Below, in pieces: positions 41,401 through 53,400 of a stretch of DNA of 64,000 nucleotides; the stretch's first letter is position 1; every line of letters starts with the position of its first letter. This DNA is from Glaucostegus cemiculus. Lineage: Eukaryota. The notes below the pieces were generated by a model. The model saw only the letters and a list, made by a program, of their open reading frames with translations. It did not search any database and was not told the origin of the DNA. Both the position numbers and the translations under genes were made by a program. Location: NCBI GenBank assembly GCA_976551045.1, contig CDPCPM010000044.1, positions 2,356,001 to 2,420,000 of the forward strand. Reading direction: 5' to 3'.

Positions 41401-44400
41401 GTTCAATCCCCTGTGTAAGATTATCTCCTTGTGTTTAGTTAAATTTTATTCAGAATTAATTAGTCACAAATGCTGAATTATAGTTACAGTAGCCCTCAAA
41501 AAATGATTACGGCAACAAGAAAAGATTTCTGTTGGATATTTTGATGGGTTTGCCCATCCTTCTGCAGTATTGGATAAAGCAAATTCAAAGACATCCACCC
41601 ACAGGAAATGACAACCTTGAGAACACTGAGGATTTAGTATAACATTTGGAAATTGCTATGTCAATCATTATGTATATGTTGTTCTTTGATAGGGCATTGA
41701 TGGAGACCCAGGGTTAGATGTAAGTCTTATTTCCTTTATACTCTGTTTTTGTCCATTTTGTTTCTACAGGATACCAATTTTGTTCAGTTAAAGGAGAACA
41801 CCAGAATTTATCATTTTCGTTTCATTAATATTTTAAATTTTGTTTATTTTATTTCATGATTTCAACTTACTTAAATATGCCCTTTTGGGATCCTGCGTCA
41901 ATGTGAAAGTGCAGGGGCAAACAACAAAGAAGATTCCAGGTATCAGAAATTTGACCAATGATGAAACATCAAAATAATTGTGTGTGTTTCCGCTGAAAGG
42001 AGGAAATTTGGTGAGCTGTCCTGAATGAAAATATTCATTCAAGCAAGATGTTTACTCTGGCAAAGCGTTCAAGTCACAGACTGACATAGTGAAACAGTAG
42101 ATAGTGCTGCTGACTCACAGTTCTCAAGACCCGAGTTTCATCCTAACCTTGGGTGCTGTGTGCACGGAGTTTACACGTTTGTACATTCCTCCTCTGACTA
42201 CGTGGGTTCCCACTGATGCTCCAGTTTCCTCCCAATCCCAAAGATGTGCTGGAAGGTTAATTGGCTACTGTAACTTACCACTTAGAGTAGGTTAATGGCA
42301 AAAAGATTCAAAGAGAAGTCCGTGGTTATATAAGAGGGAGAACAGGTTGCAAGGAGCAGAGGAATAAGGGAAGAAGGAATAGGACTGATGGGATTGCTTT
42401 GGTGGGAGCTGGCATGGAACCAAGGGTCAAATGGTCTCCTTCAGTGTGAAAAGTAGAATGCAAATCACTTAATAAAAGTTAGGAAGTTAGGAGTAAGAAG
42501 CAAGAGAATGAGACAAACTCCTTTTGTATATTAAATACTAAATTGACTGTAAAAGGAATCTAAATGGACAGATTTGTGACTGTAATTTTATTATCTTTTC
42601 CAAGCTCCAATTTAAAATCTATCCAATTATTTTGATAACTTTTTTGTCTTTCAGGGTTTTTCTGGTCCTAAAGGAGATAGAGGAGAGAGGGGAGAAAAGG
42701 TGACGTTGCAGATATGCTTATTTATGCTTGTCATCATACTTATGTGAATGTTGTCGATTGAAGTGATCTGTGAGCATTACGCCAAGATGCACAGAGCTCC
42801 AGTATTCCTTTTTAACTTGCCTTGAGTAAAGCATAATATCATGAGAGAAATAACCTCAATTTACTCTATAAATATCTATTGTAGGGACTTGCAAATGCAA
42901 CTAAACATGGTGAGGTAAAATTCAGAGATTCCATGCAAATAGTGTTTATCACAGTTAAATTCATCAGGATATTTCCCATTTCATACCAAGATCTTTAAAG
43001 GTCATCTTCAGTGTCATGTAAATAATCAACTGAGATTTAGGGGCAATGAATTTTAAATTCAGTACATTCAGAAAGCTCGCTGGAGGCAGTGATAGCGACC
43101 TAAGTATTATAACTTGGTTCATCATTTTACTGTTATTTTCATCTGAATTGAAAGCTGATCATTGGGGTGTACAATTCTCTACGGTGGGAAAGTCAGTCTT
43201 TATTTGTCTTTAAGCTTAAAGCAGTTTGCTGACATTTAGTTGGTAAATTGTCTGTGGAAATTATCAAGTTCAGTTGATGAGCTTATTACTTTGTGTACAA
43301 GATGTCAATGGAGTTTGGAGAAATATTCCAAAGCTCCACCTTCTAGGCAGAAACTTAAACAATTGTTTATATTATGTTGAATTAGCAGATTGGACACATG
43401 ACACAGTTCATTGTCTATTTCACTGAGGTGGATTTGCAGTCAGCAGCACTCAAAGCTGACCTTGGAGGAATATAGTAACATAGAAAAACTACAGCACAGT
43501 TCATAGCCCTTTATTTTACTCAGATCCATGTACCTATCTAACGGTCTCTTGAAAGACCCTATCATACCTGCCTCCACCACCGTTTTCAGCAGCCCATTCC
43601 ACGCACTCACCACTCTCTGAGTAAAAAACTTACCCCTGACATCCCCTCTATATCTACTCCCCAGCACCTTAAACTTATGTCCTCTTGTGGCCACCATTTC
43701 AACCCTGGGGAAAAACCTCTGACTACCTACCTGATCAGTACCTCTTATCATCTTATACACCTCTATCAGATCACCCCTCATCCTCCGTCTGTCCAAGGAG
43801 AAAAGGCCAAGTTCCCTCAACCTGCTTTCATAAGGCATGCTCCACATTCCAGGCAGCATCCTTGTAAACCTCCTCTGCACCCTCTCTATGGCTTCCACAT
43901 CTTTCCTGTAGTGAGGCGACCAGAACTGAGCACAATACTCCAAGTGGGGTCTGACCAGGGACCTATATAGCTGCAAAGATCTAGTGATCTCTGTCACAGG
44001 CACCTACTTTTAGACAACAGGAGAGTATCAAGGGGTTTGAGAGCCAGGATTTGGGGATAAGAGCCTTGGCCAACTGAGAGATGTAATCAATGGTTTGGGG
44101 AAATAGGGATAAGTGGGTGAAGAGTATGGAGGAAAGAAGGTAAATAATGAGCTTCCTTTAGTAATGTCCTAGCTCAGAGATTTGGGGCTGCACTAAAGAA
44201 ACACAGGCACTTCAGGGAGCTTTACAAGTGGTATGATGTCCATCTGACACCAAAATCACATCAAGCACACAAGCATGGCTCACATTGAGAAGTGCAAAAT
44301 GACCCAAAAATGAACTTTGTCATGCTTTACTCTAGAAAAGAATATTTTCCATCACATAGCTTTGAAGTGAACAGAGTTACTCGCTCATAATTATAATTGT

Positions 44401-47400
44401 TGATTTTGTAATATTTTTCCAAAGGAATTAAAATCAACTTTCATAAAATTAGTGTGTAGGGCCAGAGAATGTGCTCATTTTAGTGAAAAATAAATGTGTC
44501 CATTAAAATATCACTAGCACCTCGAAGAACAAAAAAAATCAGCATTTGCAGGGTATTTTACAGAGAGAGTATTTCATTAACACCTGAAATGTTCACCAGG
44601 ATTATCTCCGTTGATTATCATGGGGGAGGCTGCAAAGCAGCAGCAGTCTGTGGAGAAGCACTAAATCACTGGCAGCATGTTCAAGATTTCCACATTAAAC
44701 AAATATTCTTGCTGTCATAAAATCATTATCAAAGTGCAATGGTGGTGAACATCATCTCTGTCACTGTCAGCAAAATCCAGCTCTTCTTGTGATTAAGATT
44801 GATTTTTTTAATGTGATTTGTCGCCTGTAGTGAAATTTCTATTGCTAATACTTCACTTGATTGCAGAAAACTGACTTCTGGTTGAAAAAAAACCAAAGAT
44901 ACCTTATTTTCTATTAAATTTATCAAGTAGGAGCAACCATTGCCCCAGTTTTCCTTTCTTTTTAGATCTAGAAACTGTGTCCAATGTATTAAAACAGGTA
45001 GAGTCTCCCAGCTGTTTCTCACCATCTAGAAGATGTACTCAAGTGTCCTGGATTATTTTACCTCTGATGCTTCTATGAGCAGTCATTTCAACCTACCCAA
45101 TCATTGGTTTTACAGCAGTTGGATCCAACTTCCTTATCATTTGATGATTGCAAATATTGATTTGTTAAGAGTAAGGTCCTTGTTTTGTAGGGCATATGAG
45201 AAGCTTGCAATAGCAAACAGAAACTGAATTCAGTGTTGGAAAGTGGTTGATTGACCCAGATAATAAGGAATACTGAAGCCTCTGTCATTTGGATCGTGAG
45301 CACCCATGTTTAGAAATATTAAATATAGAACACTCATTGACTGCATGAGCTATCCATCTATAGTTTCACTACGCTGTCCATCTTTAATGGCATGAACTAG
45401 ATCTTCCCCACCCTACTCTGTAGATTGAATAATCTATATCCATCTAGAGCTCTTCAATGGACAGCGTGTGTTATTGATTCACAGTTTTTTTATAAATTGT
45501 ATGAGCTTGCCATCCAGAGCTCTCATGTAGATTGCATGAATTGTCCATTTTGTGTAAACTGTACATACCAAGCATACAGTCCACTTATATAAAGCTAGAA
45601 ATTGACACTATCATTGGATGGACAGTCATATGGCATTCCTCTGTACACTCAGTGTTAGCCTATCTATTTTAATAATTAACTGATCCTTAAAAATTTGTGG
45701 AGAGAAATGTCATATTTACAAAGCTGTGCATTGACATAACTAACAGCAGTAAGTTATAGGCTGTAAACTATATGATCTATCAAGCACAGCTCTTTTATAA
45801 CATGTATAAGTTCTGCATCTCTTGTGGACCATGTAAGGCTGACTGAGTGCACATCACTGGCATGGAGCTTCACCCACTGGCAGCACATGTGAGTGACTTG
45901 TGGGAAGTGTTGCCACAGTTTTATGATATGTGCTGCAAGATCGTGAAGCTCTCACCAGGACCTTGTACTCAGAAAGCTGGTTCTTATATGCCATCTATTG
46001 ACTGTTGACTGGCCTCCTTTTTAAATGTATAAGCTATCCTACAGTAATATTTCTAGGGTTATAATCAGGCTGTATTCCTGTCAGACAACTGAACTCTTGG
46101 CATAATCAATCAGAAAAGCAATAAGTTACTGAACCAGCAAATGGGTTTTATGTAATTATTACATGTAAATATACAGCTTAGTACATGCAACTTTTGAAAA
46201 CTGAAAACATCATTATTTACACTTTAAAATTAATCACCAAATAGAATATCATGGAATTAATAAAGGTTCAAAAACCACAGCACACCTCTCTCATTGACTA
46301 AATGCTGTACGTCACTCACTGAGGATGTGTGTAATGCCCACCTTAGTCTGATTTCCACTTTGGTTGGATATCTTATTACATAAGGAGGTCTGTCTTCAGT
46401 TTTGTTAAGTAACCATATTTAATTTCCATTTTGCATCCAAAATTGCTCAACTAATTGCATTGTTCCTTGTTGGCCGAGGTAGTGTCCTTTTCTCTTTGCC
46501 TAGGCAGCACTCTTGAACAAGGACAGTGATCACTGACTGCAGCACAGATGACTGCAGCAGTGAACTACCAAATCACTGTATGGCAGATTTCTGTCAGGTT
46601 ACGAGAACATTCCTGGGTAAACGTAAATGGCCACTTCCTCCACTGAGATTATTATTTTTCAATGCTTTGTTTTCCTGCTGCTCAGATTGAAGCATGCTTC
46701 TCTTTCCCGGAGGTGCCTACCCTTCTCCTTCCCACTCTGCCCCATGAAACACGAGTAAATTGGTTCCCACCTATGGACCTGCCCCATCCTTTATCTTTTG
46801 ACTCCTTAATTTGACCACTCTAATAAATTAGAGTTGAAGTTTTACCTCTTTCTGAATATAACTCACTCCTATGTGTTCCTGCAACCTCACTAATTTCCCT
46901 TTTCTAATAGCATCCCTTATCCTCACTGCAATCCCTTTATTCCTTATAACCAGCAAGCATATTTCTGGCTTTAAACATTATTACTCTTTTATTGTTTAAT
47001 TATTAGCGTTCAAATTGGTGGACGTCATGTACATGTAGCACTGTCTGAATTCACAAAACTTTTTTTTTTGACCAAACCATTGTGTCCGCAGGGGGAAAAG
47101 GGAAAGAAAGGCAAAAAAGGGCCTAAGGGGGAGAAAGGAGAACAGGGTGCCCCTGGATTAGATGCACCTTGCCCATTGGTATGTCTCTGCTGTGTATTGG
47201 TAATCAGATGAAAAGACAAACAAAAGAGAGAAGCAGATTCTATTCCAACATTTCTTCATCATTTAAAGACGCAAAGCTACTTCAATATTTTATTTGAAGA
47301 TTTTACAAAGGCATCAGCTAAACTTACCATATACCCTGGTGTCTTCTGGTAATCTGGTCACAGGGATCACAAGACTTGCTCCATGTATGTAAAGAGGGTT

Positions 47401-50400
47401 TCAATCCCGCCACACTCATCAGCTTCACACAAATCAAATATTTAAAAGTTTACAAAGTTTCAAAGCCTCTGATTTTGGAGATGAAAGGTACTCCAAAATG
47501 GCTCTTTTATTCCACATTTCTGGTTGGCACTTAGAAAAGTTTTACAAAATGAGATTTGTTTCTTAAAGTAGGCACTAGTGAGACATTTAAGTGCAAAACT
47601 AAAAGAAACAGTGCTCAGTTGCATAATCTTTGTATATTAACACGGTGGCTAATGCCATGGAAACCCCTCTCTACACACGCTGACCATGGAATCAGTAGCT
47701 GCTCCTCTCTCCTGTTTATAAGATGTCAAGTGTTGGCCTCTCCACAGGCAGAGCAATTCGTTGTCAATAACAATGCAAGTTAATTTCAATAAACAGGGAC
47801 TCCGCGGCAATAAGGGGGAAAAAGGGGAGCCAGGTCAGCCTGGCCTGGATGGGCTGGATGCCCCTTGCCAATTGGTACAGTATTCTTTTTCCTACCAACC
47901 CTGCATGCAATCTTTAATTAGGCAATCTGCAAAAATGCAAAGTAATGGTCTGATCCTCTTTGCATTATAGGTGTAATGCACGTGCATGAATATACCTTCC
48001 TTCAGCTAACAAATCCCAATGCAAGAGGAGTGTGCTTTTTATTTACTTACAGAACAGTATGTGTCATTTGCTGAATAATGTGATAGCTATTGAATTCTCT
48101 CTAGTGTATCACTGAGGAAGCTGGAGGGAATAAGCAGTCTTCTGCAAATAAGTGTTTAGTAATAACGAAAAATCAATATACACACTGCATCAGGAAATTC
48201 AAAATGGTCTTTATTATTAAAAATGTCTGCAACAGAATCCATTTAAGTGCAGAGCTTGAAACAAATACATTAGCTTTTCATACGATTACATTCCCAACAA
48301 TAATTTTTGTCCTTTTAAAAAATGGGTAGCTTTTTTATTCTCTTTTTTGAGAGCCAATGGGAGAACTTTAGCCACCCTTCACAATGATTGGCAGATAAGG
48401 GCTTGGTGGTTAAATTGCTGGACTTGTGAAATCTGCCCAGCAGAGAGGAACTCTGTCTGTGCATTGAAAATATACACTCATGAGGCACTCTCCTGACAAG
48501 CAAGATACTATTGCAGACACGACGGTTAGTGTAACACAGTTACTACTACCTGCCCTTCCTGCTTCCCAGCTACCAATATCAGTACAGTCAGCTGAGTTAC
48601 TTGGGTCTTCACTTTGAGGAATGGTCAATCAAAAGGCTTAGCTAGAATCACTGCAGACCAAAGCAAAGTCCTCATTCACAGACCAGTCAAGTCCTCCTCT
48701 CAAATTCATAAACAAAGGCACAGATGACTAAAACATCTCGTGGAAAACAAAGCAATGAGTGTTTTCATTTAACAGATATTTTCCATAGTAATAGCAACAG
48801 TACAATTTTCAAAAGGGCAGGTAATTTCTTTACAAAAGATTAAGTGAAATATAATCTATGTTGTTCTAACTTTTATGTATTTGGAAACAGTGCAAAGTGC
48901 TCTAATGAAGAAATTCAATTTGTGCTGAACAACTAGAAAATTAGTGAGGGCCAGGGGAGGGGTTGGAGAAAAGAAGCATTTTTAAATTAAATGCTATGAG
49001 TAATATGAAACATTACAGCATATACTTGAATCCTGACATAATATTCCCTTCTACTAGTATTAGAATGATCTTGCTTACTTAACACTTCAACCCTTTGGCA
49101 GTACCGGTTGTAACAAACAATGCCTTCCTTGAACTTAGCCGTTCCAAGCTTATACTAGTAACCCCTCACTGATTATTAACATAATGTCAGGCAACTGGCT
49201 TAACTTAACACATTGCAGTTTACTCCAAAAGAATTCAACTTTTCAATATTAGAGTTCCATGTTGCTTCCAAAACCCCTCTTAGCTTTTAATACAACCTCT
49301 GTTTCATTTGTGAAATAAAATGCATAACCAGTTATACACTTTCCCTTCATTGTACCAATCGGGCAAAATTTACAATGTTAATATTCATTTGGGAAAATAT
49401 AAATAGTAAAATATATCATTGATGTAAATTTTTACACAAAAAATATTTTCAACTGACCGATCACAATGATTAATGATATAACTTTGTTGGGGTTACATCT
49501 CAAACAAGAATGAAAATAGAACCATAGAGGGGTGCATTTGTATGTATGAAAACTCTGGTATATTACTTTTGTTTCTTTCACAGTTCAGACATGTTCAGTC
49601 AAATGTAAAAAGTTACAAATATTAAATGGAATGTGTTATTGTGCATGGTTATATTCTCTTTGAATTTTAATGTTGATTTTGTACCAAATCCTGAAAATGT
49701 CATTGTTCTCATTTCTAGCCATCATACTTGATTTCAGAATGGAAATTTGCATTGAGAAACAGCTAGCAATAAGCCTTCAAGGCTCTCTTGATCATGATTG
49801 CTAAACGTGATTTGGTTAAAAGTTATAAATTAGATTTTACTATGCAGCAGTAGCACTTTGTAGTTTTCATATTTCTAAACCGTGCTGCTGCTGAATCTGA
49901 ATGACAGAACAAAAGGCTATTAATGATGACCTTGTCTAATGAATGGTGATATTTGAACATGACAAGTTCTACATTACAGTGTTATACCCACGTAAAAATA
50001 TTTTGCATTATCAAAGTACACAAAGCAAATAGAATAGTATGGCCCATATCCCAAATGATAACAATTTATTATGAAGCAATATGAATGCAGAGACATTTAA
50101 AGATAGATGTTACCTGCTTAACTGATCACATGCACTAGTTTCAGAATTTTAAAAACTAATGGAGTCTCTACTTATATCTGGGTATTTCCTAAATAATACT
50201 GACTAAAGCCTCCTATATCATTTTCCAGAGATTACTTATTTCTTCTCATTTGCCTGGAATGAAGCTCATATCTTCAAAGTAGGAGCTCTTCAGTTATGGG
50301 GTTGCCTCTTCAGAATGAAGAATCTATAAAGAAGCAGACAACAAATTCTAGCTATGTAAATCTCTGGTCATCAGACTGCACTGTAGAAGCAGTGGCTATT

Positions 50401-53400
50401 TGGTTGCTGTTTCTGACAGCAGGCAAAAGCTAGGTTTGAGACTTGCGTTGTTGTAGGCCTTTAAGAACACATAACTTTTCAGCCTTTCTTTGAAGAAAAG
50501 CCGGTTCTAAAGTGAGGTTCCTGGCCCAGCATGCAGATGGGAAGACATCTCTTTACCCAGATGGTGATGGATCTTTGAATGAGGGCAGAGGAGACCCAGT
50601 CATTCAGGATATTCAGGAAAGAGATTGATAGATTTTTAGATATCAGGGAACTGAGGGATTATGGAAATAGTGCAGGGAAGCAGCACTGAGGTGAAAGACC
50701 AGCTATAATCTAAGTAAATGGCAAACCAGGCACAACTGGTGTGCTTCTGCTACTATTGTTATATTATTAGTAACACACATCCAGGCCATTTAAACTAAGT
50801 AAATACAACAATGCAGCAGGTATAGCAGCAATCCATCTAGGTCCACGTGGAAAGTGCATTGACCAATTTATGCCGGGGGGAGGAGAACAGGAGAAGAATC
50901 AAATTGGTGTTCCCAATGAGAGAACACCGCATTTCATACATGTACCTATTATTTCCACATGGGTTTTCCAGACCTCCTGCTACTTTCAATCAGAGTTACA
51001 ATTAGAAACTGAGAGTCCAAGGAAGCATGTTGTCCAACAGTGTTAATACTGGACCTACATTAATGCATGAGAATATGAAAGCAAATCAGCAGACTGTACA
51101 CCAAATAGTTAAATATAAAAAATCAGTGGAAGCATCCCTGGCCCCTGTCATACTCATGGCTAGGCTATAAGAAGAGCTATTAAAGAGCCATAAAAAGGTT
51201 GTTTCTCTCACAGTTTAAATAACCCAATAATGAATGTTTATGAGATATCTTTTGCATTCTTATTAATTGATTCTCAGGATGCAAACATCACTGGCAAAGC
51301 CAAAATTTCTTCCACGTCCCTTGAGAAGGTAGTGGTCAGATTTCTTAAGCCCATACAATTCATGTGGTGAAATTTCCCACAAAGAAATTACCTTGGGATA
51401 ATATGTTGATGATATGGGGCATCAATCCTATTCTTGACTTTATAAAATCACTTCTGGGCTCTCTTACATTAATTGGAAAATGTTCAGATGGCGATTTGAA
51501 ATGGACAAATTAAGCATCGGCTGTGGCATTAACCTACCTATTACTCAATATCCTTCCTGCACAACCTGGTTCACATATTAAGACAGTCCCGTCCAGTGGG
51601 ATTGATGACTAGCTTCTGTGGATTCTGAAGTGACTGATGAAGCCAATGTGGAATCTGCAGATTCTGCCACAAGTGGGGCAGGAGGTGCTTCACAGGGCAG
51701 ATGGGTGGGTAGCTAGGGAGATGATATGCTCATTCTGTTGTTTACTTTAGGCTTCAGTGTGCTCTCGATGCATGAACACAAACTTCTCAGTGCTATCCTG
51801 AATGCTCCTTCTCCACTTTCAGATGTCATAGGCCAGCGACTGCCAGGAGTCTGTGGGGATGTGACACATTTTCACGGAGGCTTTGAGCACATGTTTGAAT
51901 CATTTCTTCTCTGCACTTTGTAATCTCTTCCCTTGTCAGATCTCAGAAGGAATGTCTATTTAGGGAGTCTGTTGTTGGGCAAACAATGCAGCCTGTCCAA
52001 CAAAATCAACTGGGACTTCAGTTCTGATGATGTAGGCCTGGGAGAGAGAACCAATAGAGGTTTGTTAATTCTGCCCATGGATTTGGAGGATTTTGCAAAG
52101 ACAGGGTTGGTGGTATCTCTCTGGTGCGTTGAGGAATCTGCCGTAGGCAATCCCTGACTCACAAACAGGGAGTGCAGGGAGAACTTTTGCCTGATAGATC
52201 ATGAGTTTTGTTCCAGGTTTCAGGTCTTGAAAGACTGTGCTAGAACATGAAAGCAGCGGTGGATTTCATCAGCAATTTTTGCCTTAGCTGAGGTGTGGCT
52301 CCAAAGATATGAGAAGCAGCCCATGTTTTCTGGGGTCTCAGTATGGACCTTTATGTCAGAGGGTGAATGTGGAAGGGCCATCCAGTCATATACTCCAATG
52401 AACGAAACAACAATGACTTCAAGCTAGGCTTCAGCATGTGTGCATATACAAGCACCATCTGCGTACTGCAGCTCAATGAACAAAGTCAGTGTGGCTGTAG
52501 TTCTAGAAAGGAAGTGACATTGGCTGAACAATCTCCCATTCATCCCGTATTGGTAGAAGCTTGTCTGAGGTGAACTGCAATACAGCAGTGAGAGAGTTTG
52601 AGAAACATGTTAGGGCAATGACACAACCTTTGGTAGCAATGATCTGCGCTGAGCTCTGTGGTGCACCCCTCAGCTAAGGTCACAGCTTTCAGGCTGACAT
52701 GTAGCATACACGAGCCAGAGACAAATTTCTCTAGGCGGCCAAATTTGAGAATGATACTTTACAATTTCTCTCAGTTTGACAGGCTCAAAGGCTTTGATGA
52801 GCTTAAGAAAGGCCACATTTAGTAGTTTCTGCTGTCCCCTGCAATTCTCTTGGTGAAGATCTCATCCGTCATGCATCTCAGTGGACAGATTCCACACTAG
52901 AATTTGGAGAACAACTCTTCAGCCACTGGGAGGAGGCAGTAAAGGAGAAGCCTACAGTGACCTGCCCTGTGGCACTTGGCAGGAAAACCCCTCTGCAAAC
53001 AGATCTGTCTCCAGTTTCGAAGGTGTTCACTGATACAATGTCTCGGGCATGCCCTCTCCTTCACAGTGCTGGGAGATGCACACCAACTTGGTGACTGCCA
53101 ACATTAGCAAAACCAATGAACACACATGTGTTCATCAGAGTAGGATACAGCAATGAGAGACAACAATGTCAGATGTCTGAAGGGAATTCTAAAGATCTAA
53201 CAAAATTCAAAGTTCTGAAAGGGAGCCTACAATGCTATTGAAATCACCAAGGCATTTAGTTAGACGTTGGACCTTCTCACATTTGGTGCATGAATAGGCA
53301 TTACTTGTAGTGTAGCAGCCTGTGAAGTGCAGCTTGGAAAAACTCGAGGATGCGGTGACTCGATCAAGCACGCTTTATTAAACCACACAAAAAACGTGCG

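Noticed and set aside
47179-47211. Read-through tail of exon P ([10 protein letters not shown])
   Set aside because: Short, follows a reasonable donor (gtatgt), and TG-rich intron starts give Cys/Val codons by chance
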